A stretch of 64,000 nucleotides of DNA from Acidobacteriota bacterium (GTDB lineage Bacteria; Acidobacteriota; Thermoanaerobaculia; Thermoanaerobaculales; Sulfomarinibacteraceae). The stretch spans positions 3,068 to 67,067 of the forward strand of contig JASJGQ010000261.1 in the NCBI GenBank assembly GCA_033791425.1. Direction: 5' to 3'. A program made the position numbers and the translations under genes. The notes under the pieces were generated by a model. It had not been told where the DNA came from and did no database searches. It saw nothing but the letters and a program-made list of their open reading frames with translations. Positions within the stretch are counted from its first letter, which is position 1. Each line of letters begins with the position of its first letter. Shown piece by piece: positions 49,201 through 56,740 of this stretch.

Positions 49201-49788
49201 TTACTCTCTGGAAACAATGATCTTGTCGATCAGCCCATAGGCGAGGGCGGCGTCGGCTTCGAGGATGAAGTCACGTTCCGTGTCTCCGTGAATCTTCTCG
49301 ACCGACTGCCCGGTGTGTTCGGCGAGGATCTCGTTGAGCCGTCCGCGCAGACGCATGATGTCTTTGGCGTGGATGTCGATATCGGTGGCCTGGCCCTGGA
49401 GGCCCGACATCAGGGGCTGATGCAGCAGCACCCGGCTGTGGGGGAGGGAGAGGCGTTTGCCCGGGGCGCCGCCCGCAAGAAGAACCGCCCCCATCGATGC
49501 CGCCTGGCCGAGAGCGATGGTTGAGACGTCGGGTTTGACGAATCGCATGGTGTCGTAGATCGCGAGGCCGGCTGATATCGAACCGCCCGGGGTATTGATG
49601 TAGAGAAAGATGTCCTTCTCTGGTTTTTCGGCCTCGAGGAAGAGCATCTGGGCGATGACGAGCGACGCCACCTGATCATCGATGCCTGAACCCAGAAAGA
49701 TGACGTTGTCCTTGAGAAGCCGCGAGAAAATGTCATAGGCGCGTTCGCCCCGGCTCGTCTGCTCGACTACCATCGGCACCAACATCAC
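49201..49788 (-). CDS. clpP: ATP-dependent Clp protease proteolytic subunit
   Basis: The catalytic Ser context is GQAASMGA and the His context is RVLLHQP. Confidence 0.97.
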   Translation of the reverse strand: MMLVPMVVEQTSRGERAYDIFSRLLKDNVIFLGSGIDDQVASLVIAQMLFLEAEKPEKDIFLYINTPGGSISAGLAIYDTMRFVKPDVSTIALGQAASMGAVLLAGGAPGKRLSLPHSRVLLHQPLMSGLQGQATDIDIHAKDIMRLRGRLNEILAEHTGQSVEKIHGDTERDFILEADAALAYGLIDKIIVSRE

Positions 49789-51068
49789 TCGACCTCCCCG
49801 CCCGCGCGGCGGATCATCTCATCCACCGTCGCAGCGATTCGCGCTCCGTGGCGAACCCTCTCCAACCGGTCGTCGGATGCCAGGTTTGCCTTGTGTTCAC
49901 CCGGAGGCACACCGAGCCGGGCCGCCTCCGTCGCGATATAGGCGTCAACCTCCGCTTCGGGGACGTCCGTCTCGTATTTCTCCGTCAGTTGTTCGAGGAC
50001 CAGGGTGTCCAAGACCTCCTGGCGCGCCGCCGGTTCGGCCTTGGCAGCCATCTCCTGCCAGTTGATTTTCTCCGGGTCAACATCGACCCCCTGCATCGCC
50101 ATGGTGTAGGCGTATCGATCGAGCTGTTCGCGGAGCGTCGCCTGGACGAGCGACGGCGGCAACTCTCCCTGGTCGATGCCCTGTTCGAGATGATCGAGTA
50201 TGAAACGCCGCCACGCGGTGCGCCGGCCGGAGAGCTTCTGGTTTTCGAGCACGCCCGAAACTCTTCCACGCAAGTCCTCGAGGTCGTCCAGCCCGATGGC
50301 TGCGGCCAAATCGTCGTCGATCTCGGGCACAGCCTTCTTTTTCAGCCCCTTGACGTCGATCTTGTAGCGAACCGTCTTCCCGGCCTTGGTCGTGTCCTCG
50401 AGGTCGTCGGGCAGGACCTTGGTGGCTTGCTTGCAATCGCCGACCTTGGCCCCCTGGAGCGCCTCGTTGATCTCCGGTGGCACCCGGTCCGTTCCGAGTA
50501 CGAACGATGCGTCTGCTTCAGTGTAGGGCTCGTCGTCGCTTTCCTCGACCACCCCCTCGAGATCGACTTCGATCAACATACCGTCGGCGGCTTCGGCTTC
50601 CTCCGCCGGTTCCCAGACCGCCTGTTCTTCAGCGACCTTGAGGAGTTCCTCATCGATCTCGGCATCTTCCACATCGAGCGTTACCTCGGGGAGGTCGAGT
50701 TCCGCGATCTCGGGCAAGTCATAGTTCGGCCGCACTTCCAGTTCGGCTGTAAAGCGAAAACCGCCATTGTCAGCAAACTCGAGGTCGCTGATTTCGGGCT
50801 TCGTGAGGGGGTCCAGTTCGCTTTCTCCGTCAAGAATCTCGCGCCACAAAACCCCGGCGAGATGTTCCTGAAGCTCCTCCTGTATCGCGTCCGCATATCG
50901 GGCGCGCACGGCCGCCTCGGGGGCCTTGCCCGGTCGAAATCCCGGCACGTTTGCGGAACGACGGATCTTGCGGAGGATGTTTTGCCGTTCACGATCGACG
51001 GCCTCGGGTTCGAGGTCCGCCGTGATCGCCACGGTATGGTTTGCTGCTCGTGTCACTGAATACGGCAT
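49785..51068 (-). CDS. tig: Trigger factor
   Basis: The ribosome-binding motif is PGFRPGKAP and the gene sits upstream of clpP-clpX. I trimmed to ATG 51068 because the ORF track extension reads through two tRNA genes. Confidence 0.9.
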   Translation of the reverse strand: MPYSVTRAANHTVAITADLEPEAVDRERQNILRKIRRSANVPGFRPGKAPEAAVRARYADAIQEELQEHLAGVLWREILDGESELDPLTKPEISDLEFADNGGFRFTAELEVRPNYDLPEIAELDLPEVTLDVEDAEIDEELLKVAEEQAVWEPAEEAEAADGMLIEVDLEGVVEESDDEPYTEADASFVLGTDRVPPEINEALQGAKVGDCKQATKVLPDDLEDTTKAGKTVRYKIDVKGLKKKAVPEIDDDLAAAIGLDDLEDLRGRVSGVLENQKLSGRRTAWRRFILDHLEQGIDQGELPPSLVQATLREQLDRYAYTMAMQGVDVDPEKINWQEMAAKAEPAARQEVLDTLVLEQLTEKYETDVPEAEVDAYIATEAARLGVPPGEHKANLASDDRLERVRHGARIAATVDEMIRRAGGEVE

Positions 51069-51097
51069 GGGGTTGTCTCCGGCAGAGTTTACAAGGC

Positions 51098-51184
51098 TGG
51101 TGCGAAAGGGGGGACTCGAACCCCCATGGGGGGGACCCCACGAGATCCTAAGTCTCGCGCGTCTACCAATTCCGCCACTTTCGC
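51098..51184 (-). tRNA. tRNA-Leu (anticodon UAG), type II with a long variable arm, CCA encoded
   Basis: It folds by hand. The acceptor stem is GCGAAAG/CTTTCGC, the anticodon stem is CGAGA/TCTCG with loop CTTAGGA, and the T arm is GGGGG-TTCGAGT-CCCCC. Confidence 0.9.
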
Positions 51185-51194
51185 AGAGGGGAGT

Positions 51195-51270
51195 TGGTGA
51201 GCCGTGGAGGAATCGAACCTCCAACCTAGTGATTAAGAGTCACTTGCTCTGCCAATTGAGCTAACGGCCC
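51195..51270 (-). tRNA. tRNA-Lys (anticodon CUU), CCA encoded
   Basis: It is 76 nt. The acceptor stem is GGGCCGT/ACGGCTC, the anticodon stem is AGTGA/TCACT with loop CTCTTAA, and the T arm is GGAGG-TTCGATT-CCTCC. Confidence 0.9.
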
Positions 51271-51283
51271 ACGACCAACGGTC

Positions 51284-51312
51284 ACTATACGAAAAAAGGC
51301 GCTGATGAGCAA
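51284..51312 (-). promoter_or_regulatory. Putative promoter for tRNA-Lys/tRNA-Leu (TTGCTC-N17-TATAGT)
   Basis: The -10 element TATAGT ends 13 nt upstream of the mature tRNA-Lys 5' end, and the spacing is canonical. Confidence 0.45.
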
Positions 51313-51320
51313 GCCTTTTT
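51292..51320. terminator. A/T-flanked hairpin, likely terminator of the upstream minus-strand gene
   Basis: The stem AAAAGGC / GCCTTTT has a 12-nt loop. It is flanked by an A-run and a T-run, so a U-tract follows the stem in either orientation. Confidence 0.5.
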
Positions 51321-51370
51321 GCCTCGAACAGGGTGAGACATTGCGCAGGAGAATGGGGGAGAAGGGATTG

Positions 51371-51404
51371 CGAATCCGAATTCCGAATTCCGAACTCCGA
51401 ACTC
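51371..51404. repeat. Heptanucleotide tandem array (5 units, CGAAYTC)
   Basis: The units are CGAATC CGAATTC CGAATTC CGAACTC CGAACTC. The last unit contains the stop codon (TCA complement) of the 51403..52125 gene. Confidence 0.85.
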
Positions 51405-52125
51405 ATTCCCGGTGCACGATGTACTTCATCTCCGACTGCCCGAGATCCGACTCGGCAACGACGACGACCGCTGACGTGCCACCGGCAAACGCGGGCACGG
51501 CGACCTCTGCACCAAATTTGCCGCTGCTATCTGTCTTGCCTTCGGCTAGAACAAGACGCCGCGGTTCGGCGGTCGACTTGAAAAGCACCGACACACCGAC
51601 CCCGGAAACCGGGTCGTGGGCGATCGAATCTTCAGCAGTGACGGCGACTTCGGCCGGGCGATCGTAAAAGAACTTGTGTTCGGCCCCGGCGCGAAGAATC
51701 AGATGAGCACGTTCTCGTTGTGCGTCGAGGTAGTCGAGGATGACCTTGTCGAGTGACGTCTCGTCGTCGGCAGCCGCGGGTTGTCCAGCTTCCTTGCTGG
51801 TGATGGTCGTGTCGTCCTCTTTGGCGACAACGATTGTACCGGTAAGCCGATCGACGCCTCCCGATTGCACCGCTTGAACAATCGTCCGGTGCTGGCGCTC
51901 CATGAGGGTGGCGACGGCCGACTTGTCGACCTCCTCGGCAATCAGATCGTGGTAGGGCGTCCGCCGCGTATAGAGAATCTCTCCGGATGTATAAACGAGC
52001 GATTCCACGAGTGGATTGCCCTGCCCCTTGTCCTCTGTCTGGACATGATAGACAGTGCCGGAGAACTCGATGTCTGTGTTGTAACCGGTAAGAACCACAG
52101 CGAACCGAAACCCCCCAGTGGTCAA
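51403..52125 (-). CDS. Conserved-looking hypothetical protein (N-terminal GYNTDIEF..YHVQTEDKG module, C-terminal beta-sandwich-like region)
   Basis: The composition is protein-like and the TTG start is uncertain. The C-terminal part resembles small Ig/CarboxypepD_reg-like folds (KTDSSGKFGAEVAVP). No family name recalled. Confidence 0.55.
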   Translation of the reverse strand: MTTGGFRFAVVLTGYNTDIEFSGTVYHVQTEDKGQGNPLVESLVYTSGEILYTRRTPYHDLIAEEVDKSAVATLMERQHRTIVQAVQSGGVDRLTGTIVVAKEDDTTITSKEAGQPAAADDETSLDKVILDYLDAQRERAHLILRAGAEHKFFYDRPAEVAVTAEDSIAHDPVSGVGVSVLFKSTAEPRRLVLAEGKTDSSGKFGAEVAVPAFAGGTSAVVVVAESDLGQSEMKYIVHRE

Positions 52126-52201
52126 GGCTATCTCGGAGTCGGCCGTCGGTCAATGACAGGGGCCCGCGAACACGAAACTTTGACAACGCTACAATTCTCA
52201 T

Positions 52202-52627
52202 ATGTCCCGCCTCCATCTCTTGTTCGTTTGCATCGGGAACTGCTGCCGCTCTCCAATGGCCGAAGCCATGGCCCGCAGCCTCGGGGGCGATCGCGTGTCG
52301 GCCCAATCGGCCGGGCTCTCCCCCGCGGGCTTTATCGCTGACCCAACGGTATCGACCTTGCGTCGACTCGGGTACCCGGCCTCTGGCCTGTATTCCAAGG
52401 GTCTCGATGGCGTCGAAACGACCGACGTCGATGTGGTGGTGTCGCTGGTCGGTGGCGAAATCCAACATGGATTCGGCTGCGGACCTCAGGCTCGTTTGGT
52501 TCACTGGCCCCTGCCGGATCCTTTTGGGGAAGACGAGTCCCTGTACCTCCGTGTCGCTCGTGACATCGAGACCCGGGTGCGTGGCCTCCTCGACGAGGAA
52601 CTGGCCGGGGAACTTCTGCCCGATTGA
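52202..52627 (+). CDS. Low-molecular-weight protein tyrosine phosphatase / ArsC-like family
   Basis: The P-loop is LLFVCIGNCCRSPMAE (CX5R-S) and the general-acid context is LPDPFG. The length is 141 aa. Confidence 0.85.
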   Translation: MSRLHLLFVCIGNCCRSPMAEAMARSLGGDRVSAQSAGLSPAGFIADPTVSTLRRLGYPASGLYSKGLDGVETTDVDVVVSLVGGEIQHGFGCGPQARLVHWPLPDPFGEDESLYLRVARDIETRVRGLLDEELAGELLPD

Positions 52628-52661
52628 GGCGTCACACTGACGGGAGGCGCTATGGCACACT

Positions 52662-53174
52662 GTGGCCGTGGACTTCGATGAAATATATGAACGGTTTCGC
52701 CGGCCCGTGTGGCGGCTTGCGAGGCGATTCAGCGAGAGTGACGAGGAGGCACTCGACACGACACAGGAGGTGTTTCTCCGGGTTTGGCGCGGGTTGCCCG
52801 GCTTTCGGGGTGAGGCCAAGCTCAGCACCTGGGTTTTTCAAATCGCCTGGAATCACTTCCGGGCGCACCGCCGCAAGATGGGGCGGCAACCGCTGACCGT
52901 CAAGGAGGGGACAAACGACGACCGGGACCTCGTGGACGTGGCGCCCGACCCGCGACCTGACCCCGAGCGCAGGGCCGCCGCTGTCGAAATGCTCGACGTT
53001 GTAGAGGCCGCGCTGCGCGAGCTTCCGGAGCACTACCAGATTGTCGTGTGGTTGCGGGATGGAGAGGATTTGAGCTACCGAGAGATAGCCAACGTGTTGG
53101 ACCTGCCCATCGGCACGGTTCGATCGCGCCTTGCCCGCGCGCGCGCATCCTTGAGACAGGCTGTGGGATGGTAG
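52662..53174 (+). CDS. ECF (sigma-70 group 4) RNA polymerase sigma factor
   Basis: Region 2 is DTTQEVFLRVWRGLPGFRGEAKLSTWVFQIAWN and region 4 is LSYREIANVLDLPIGTVRSRLARAR. Confidence 0.9.
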   Translation: MAVDFDEIYERFRRPVWRLARRFSESDEEALDTTQEVFLRVWRGLPGFRGEAKLSTWVFQIAWNHFRAHRRKMGRQPLTVKEGTNDDRDLVDVAPDPRPDPERRAAAVEMLDVVEAALRELPEHYQIVVWLRDGEDLSYREIANVLDLPIGTVRSRLARARASLRQAVGW

Positions 53175-54226
53175 TGAAAGACCGTTTGACGGAATCTCTC
53201 AGCCGTCTGATCGACGGCGACCTGGATTCGACAGAGGCCGCAGAACTGGCTTCACTCCTCGAGTCCGACCGCTCGTTGCGGCGCGAGCTCGATGGACTCG
53301 CCCGAGTCCGGGCCTCCCTCCACACGCTGGCGAATCGGGAGCAGCCGCCCGGCCGGCTCGATGCCCTAGTGGACCCGCTGCTCAGGGGCAAACCGGAGAC
53401 CACTTTCGCCCGCCCATGGGTGCGCTGGGCGGCCGCAGCCGCGGTGGTTGTTCTCGGTGTGACGGTCATCCTCGAGGTCCAGCAACGACAACCCGATCCG
53501 GCTCTTCTCGGCTGGCAGGAACGCGCCCTTGAAGAGGCCGCCGCCAAACCTGCCGATCCATTCGCACTGGCACCCTTGCCCACAAGCTCGGTGCCGGTCG
53601 CAGAGCAACCGCTCGGTGCGACGGACCGGTTGGTTTCCGCCCCCGAACCGGAGGTGGACCCAGCGCTGGATCCAACTCCCGCGCTCGAGGTGATGGGCCC
53701 CCAGGAGGGCGGCTCCCGGAGCGAGGAGAGGCGTCAAAACCGGCGGGACGCTGATGTCGCGCCGGGCAACCTTGCCAAGCAACCCTCTGACGACGAGTCC
53801 ACGTCCGGGGGACGCCGGGTTTCCGAGAAATCCAACGCCCCGTCATCGACGACCGAAGGGCAGGTGCAATCCGATTCTGGCGTCGCCGCGCCACCGGTCG
53901 CGCAAACCCAAGACAAGGCCAGCCAGGTCAGCCCAACCACATCCGACGCGACGATCGCGGGCGCCCAGCTGTTTGTGTTCATGGCGGCCGAGACAGCCTG
54001 GCGCAGTTTCGAGCCTGACGGCCCGTGTGAGGCGGGGCGGTATGCCCTGAGAATCAGGATCGAAGACGGCGTGGTTCGTGAGGTCTGGCCGGTGGCAAAC
54101 CCGCCGGCGCCCACCCGCCAGGTGCGCGCGAGTCAACTCGTGTTGGGTCTCGTGGTCGATAACGTCGCCGATGGTGAGTATGCGGCAGAGGTGGTCGTCG
54201 AGCCGCGGAGACCACCGAACCGCTGA
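53168..54226 (+). CDS. Single-pass anti-sigma factor (probable cognate of the ECF sigma)
   Basis: It overlaps the sigma gene by 7 nt. An N-terminal helical anti-sigma-like domain is followed by a TM segment (WAAAAAVVVLGVTVILEV), a Pro/Ser/Ala-rich linker and a C-terminal domain of about 90 aa. No HxxxCxxC zinc motif was seen. Confidence 0.7.
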   Translation: MVVKDRLTESLSRLIDGDLDSTEAAELASLLESDRSLRRELDGLARVRASLHTLANREQPPGRLDALVDPLLRGKPETTFARPWVRWAAAAAVVVLGVTVILEVQQRQPDPALLGWQERALEEAAAKPADPFALAPLPTSSVPVAEQPLGATDRLVSAPEPEVDPALDPTPALEVMGPQEGGSRSEERRQNRRDADVAPGNLAKQPSDDESTSGGRRVSEKSNAPSSTTEGQVQSDSGVAAPPVAQTQDKASQVSPTTSDATIAGAQLFVFMAAETAWRSFEPDGPCEAGRYALRIRIEDGVVREVWPVANPPAPTRQVRASQLVLGLVVDNVADGEYAAEVVVEPRRPPNR

Positions 54227-54252
54227 CCCGCAGCGGTTCGCCTGCCTTTTTT
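54217..54252 (+). terminator. Probable intrinsic terminator after the anti-sigma gene
   Basis: The stem GAACCGCTG / CAGCGGTTC has 9 bp. TTTTTT follows 7 nt downstream, which is farther than ideal. Confidence 0.5.
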
Positions 54253-54415
54253 GCCGGGTTTGGTCGCAGACGGCAATGCGCACATCGCCGTTGGGTTTGG
54301 CGTAATTCGGGCGACGTCAGCGCGGTAGCGTCAGGATCAGGAGCACGAGAACCGAGATGCACAGAGGGACGCCGCACTCCACCGTCCTCAGGAAACTCTC
54401 GGTGATCGCTCCGGG

Positions 54416-54751
54416 CTAAAAGCTCCCGAGAGCCTCGCGTTCGTCATCGAAAACGTCGAAGACGGTGATCAACTGGGTCACCTGCAGGATGTCGTTGATC
54501 TTGGGCGAGAGATGCATGAGCTTGAGGTGGCCGCCACGTTTGGTGACCGTGGTGTAGCACGCGACCATTTCACCGATCCCGGAGGAATCGATGGCCTTGA
54601 CGTCTCCGAGGTCGAAGAGGATTTCCTTCTTGCCGTCCTCGAGGGCCTGGTTGACAAGCTCGCGAATTTTCACGTCGCCGGTGCCGATCGTGATCTTGCC
54701 GCCGAGTTCGATGATGCGGATGTCTCCGAGATCACGGATGTTGGATTTCAT
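54416..54751 (-). CDS. STAS-domain anti-sigma-factor antagonist (SpoIIAA/RsbV-like)
   Basis: VKAIDSSGIGEMV contains the conserved phosphorylatable Ser context. An SD (AAGGAG) precedes ATG 54751. Confidence 0.85.
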   Translation of the reverse strand: MKSNIRDLGDIRIIELGGKITIGTGDVKIRELVNQALEDGKKEILFDLGDVKAIDSSGIGEMVACYTTVTKRGGHLKLMHLSPKINDILQVTQLITVFDVFDDEREALGSF

Positions 54752-54805
54752 GCGATTCTCCTTTGTTGCGAGCACCAATGTCGAACTCGATCGAGAGTCG
54801 AAATC

Positions 54806-55297
54806 TCAGTCGGGGTTGCCATCGGTGGCCTCTAGTTTTCGTTCCATTAGGACGGCTGTTCCTCCGCTCGGGGTCGAACGGAATTCAACGTGACTCATGA
54901 ACTGCCGCATATAAAAGATACCGCGACCGCTTGGTCGCAGCAAATTCTCCGCATCGGTCGGGTTGGGGACATCGGCGGGGTCGAAACCACTGCCCTCGTC
55001 CTCCACTGAAATTCTGACGGTGGAATCGTGAACCGAGTACTCGAGGCGAACCAGACGCTTGGGGTCCTGTTGATTGCCGTGACGAATAGCGTTGGCCACC
55101 GCCTCACGAAGGGCCGTCGTCAGCCAATAGTCATCTTCGGACGGCCAACCGGCTCGCCGACAAAGGTCCAACAGGGCACGCTCAGCGACCTCGATGTTTT
55201 CAAACCGGCTCGAGAGAGCCAGGTTGGCCTTTAGGGTGTTGTTGATCGTCATCTGGTCGGCGAGTATAGCAATGTCGGTGTGTCGCTCGGCTGTCAA
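54806..55297 (-). CDS. RsbW/SpoIIAB-like anti-sigma factor serine kinase (HATPase_c)
   Basis: The N box is EAVANAIRHGN, G1 is EDEGSGFD and G2 is GRGIFYM. The length is about 160 aa. Confidence 0.8.
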   Translation of the reverse strand: MTAERHTDIAILADQMTINNTLKANLALSSRFENIEVAERALLDLCRRAGWPSEDDYWLTTALREAVANAIRHGNQQDPKRLVRLEYSVHDSTVRISVEDEGSGFDPADVPNPTDAENLLRPSGRGIFYMRQFMSHVEFRSTPSGGTAVLMERKLEATDGNPD

Positions 55298-55662
55298 TCG
55301 TAATCGGGGGCGTCATCATCGACCCCCTGGTTACCCGGGGCGACCATTTGTAGGACCCACTGGTGAAAATTGGCCTCTGCCGCGGATACCGGGAGAGCGA
55401 GAATCTCCGGGAGTTCGTAGGAGTGGAACTCTCGGATCGCTTCAGAGACATCGTCGAAGAGTCTTTCGGGCGTCTTGATCAACAGCAGGTACTCGGTGTC
55501 CTCGCACACCTTTCCTTTCCAACGATAAATCGAGCGCAGACAAGGCACGATGTTGATGCAGGTCGCGAGACGCCGGGAGATGAGCTCCTCGGAAATTTCC
55601 ACCGCCTGCTGCTCTGTGCCCACCGAGGTCATGACAAGCGTGATCTTTTCGAGATCAGTCAT
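55294..55662 (-). CDS. cutA: Divalent-cation tolerance protein CutA
   Basis: LATCINIVPCLRSIYRWKGKV...EYLLLIKT...HSYELPEI matches the CutA1 fold signature. Confidence 0.85.
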   Translation of the reverse strand: MTDLEKITLVMTSVGTEQQAVEISEELISRRLATCINIVPCLRSIYRWKGKVCEDTEYLLLIKTPERLFDDVSEAIREFHSYELPEILALPVSAAEANFHQWVLQMVAPGNQGVDDDAPDYD

Positions 55663-55707
55663 GGCCGAAAACTAGCTGAGATCCGCAGGTGAGTCAAGGC
55701 GCCAACA

Positions 55708-56313
55708 TCAGTATCTGCGCAGAAGGCCGACCACGAGGCCCTGGATTTCGACCTCCGCCGCCGGGGCGAGGATCACCGGAACCGCCGGGTTTGAAGGCTG
55801 CAATCGAACCGTGGTGGGGTTGTCACGGTAGATGCGTTTGAGGGTCACCTCTCCCGAAACCAGGGCTACCACCATTTCGCCGTCTGCTGCGGTTTGCGTC
55901 CGCTGCACAACCACCAGATCACCGTCGTGTACCCCGTCCTCGATCATCGACTCGCCACGCACCACCAAAACGTAGTGGTCGCCCGAGCGGAGGAATTCAG
56001 AGGGAACCGAAACCCGTTCGTCGTCGGGCAGCGACTCAATCGGCGACCCGGCTGCCACCGCACCATAAAGGGGCAGGTCGACGGCGGTGGGCTGGGTTTT
56101 GGATGAGGCCAGAACGAGGCCGCGCTTCTGGTGTTTGCGGCGCTCGAGAAAGCCCTTCCGTTCGAGGTGTGCCACGTGTTTCTGGGCGCTCGCCGTACTT
56201 CGGAACCCGAAGGCGTTAGCGATCTCCTGGAGGGTCGGTGCAACGCCATCAAGGGCTATGCGATCTTCAATGAACTGGAGCACATCCCGCTGGCGCTCGG
56301 TGAGATAGGTCAT
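55708..56313 (-). CDS. lexA: LexA repressor
   Basis: The N-terminal wHTH is LTERQRDVLQFI...PTLQEIANAFGFRSTASAQKHVAHLERKG. A cleavage-site region is present, and the S24 peptidase domain has VRGESMIEDG and a Lys context. I trimmed to ATG 56313. Confidence 0.9.
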   Translation of the reverse strand: MTYLTERQRDVLQFIEDRIALDGVAPTLQEIANAFGFRSTASAQKHVAHLERKGFLERRKHQKRGLVLASSKTQPTAVDLPLYGAVAAGSPIESLPDDERVSVPSEFLRSGDHYVLVVRGESMIEDGVHDGDLVVVQRTQTAADGEMVVALVSGEVTLKRIYRDNPTTVRLQPSNPAVPVILAPAAEVEIQGLVVGLLRRY

Positions 56314-56331
56314 GCAACGCTCCCCATATCG

Positions 56332-56360
56332 ACCATAGGTGAACATGAGGCGTAAGTCAA
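56332..56360 (-). promoter_or_regulatory. Putative lexA promoter (TTGACT-N17-TATGGT)
   Basis: The spacing is canonical and the -10 element ends about 19 nt upstream of the ATG. The SD GGGGAG lies in the short leader. Confidence 0.5.
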
Positions 56361-56370
56361 CGCACAATCA

Positions 56371-56403
56371 CCGAGAGGGCGCTGTTGGACAGCGCCCTCT
56401 CGG
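56371..56403. other. Perfect 15-bp GC-rich hairpin between tRNA-Pro and the lexA promoter
   Basis: CCGAGAGGGCGCTGT-TGG-ACAGCGCCCTCTCGG is an exact inverted repeat with a 3-nt loop. No canonical U-tract follows it in the direction of minus-strand transcription. Confidence 0.8.
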
Positions 56404-56415
56404 TGAAAAAGCAGA

Positions 56416-56492
56416 TGGTCGGGGCGAGTGGACTTGAACCACCGGCCTCACGGTCCCGAACCGTGCGCTCTACCAGACTGAGCTACGCCCCG
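56416..56492 (-). tRNA. tRNA-Pro (anticodon CGG), CCA encoded
   Basis: It is 77 nt. The acceptor stem is CGGGGCG/CGCCCCG, the anticodon stem is CACGG/CCGTG with loop TTCGGGA, and the T arm is GGTGG-TTCAAGT-CCACT. Confidence 0.9.
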
Positions 56493-56502
56493 AGGAAGAG
56501 GG

Positions 56503-56531
56503 AGTCTAGCGGATGTCACGCTTCATGGCAA
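56503..56531 (-). promoter_or_regulatory. Putative tRNA-Pro promoter (TTGCCA-N17-TAGACT) with an A/T-rich UP-like element upstream
   Basis: The -10 element ends 10 nt upstream of the mature 5' end. AAATAATATT lies just upstream of the -35 element. Confidence 0.55.
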
Positions 56532-56629
56532 TAACTGTGGGCTCGAAGGGGGAATATTATTTACCGCTTCCCCCAACCTGGACCGCGAGGGCCCAAAAAT
56601 ACCGCCGCCTGAACACGCAGGCCCACCAT

Positions 56630-56659
56630 TTGACACCCGGGGCGTTGCCTCGCTAGCCT
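56630..56659 (+). promoter_or_regulatory. Putative promoter of the NSS transporter gene (TTGACA-N18-TAGCCT)
   Basis: The -35 hexamer matches consensus. This placement would give a leader of about 75 nt. Confidence 0.4.
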
Positions 56660-56740
56660 GCACTCCTCGCCTCTGCATGGAGCGAGACCGGCGAGATGCT
56701 CAGGCCAGGCCTCGCTGCGTGGATCTTGGGGGGGGAACTC

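Noticed and set aside
47779-49524. A 581-aa plus-strand ORF spanning clpX and clpP. Similar long ORFs lie opposite real genes: 43639..44841 and 44838..45959 (opposite rho, engB and lon), 30007..31047 (ruvB), 41127..42065 (rng), 38806..39729 (mrdA), 20675..21754 (comF/PRODH), 51632..52828, 56561..57424, 10487..11494 and 49848..51059.
   Set aside because: Each is antisense to a gene with unambiguous family motifs. Their translations are Arg/Pro/Gly/His-rich and low in complexity, and they lack an SD or sensible start. This is typical stop-codon-poor shadow framing in GC-rich DNA.
51069-51224. N-terminal extension of the trigger factor ORF (MEVRFLHGSPTPLCESGGIGRRARLRISWG...).
   Set aside because: The extension is the translated complement of tRNA-Leu and part of tRNA-Lys. 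The true tig start is ATG 51068, which has an SD.
54317-54382. A possible 21-aa hydrophobic peptide (GTG-ECGVPLCISVLVLLILTLPR) downstream of the STAS gene.
   Set aside because: It has a GTG start only 2 nt after a GAGGA motif, which is poor spacing, and no conservation evidence is available. It cannot be distinguished from chance in GC-rich DNA.
56338-56352. GTTCACCTATGGTCG (minus strand) as an alpha-proteobacterial-type GTTC-N7-GTTC SOS box.
   Set aside because: The second half-site is GTCG, not GTTC, and there is only a single occurrence. That is not enough to call an operator, so it is kept only as a candidate within the lexA finding.
56660-56740. The 5' leader of the NSS transporter gene as a possible riboswitch (for example glycine or another amino acid).
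   Set aside because: The leader is about 75 nt, too short for the tandem glycine aptamer. I could not see the conserved cores of any riboswitch class I know, only a small CTCGC...GCGAG hairpin.
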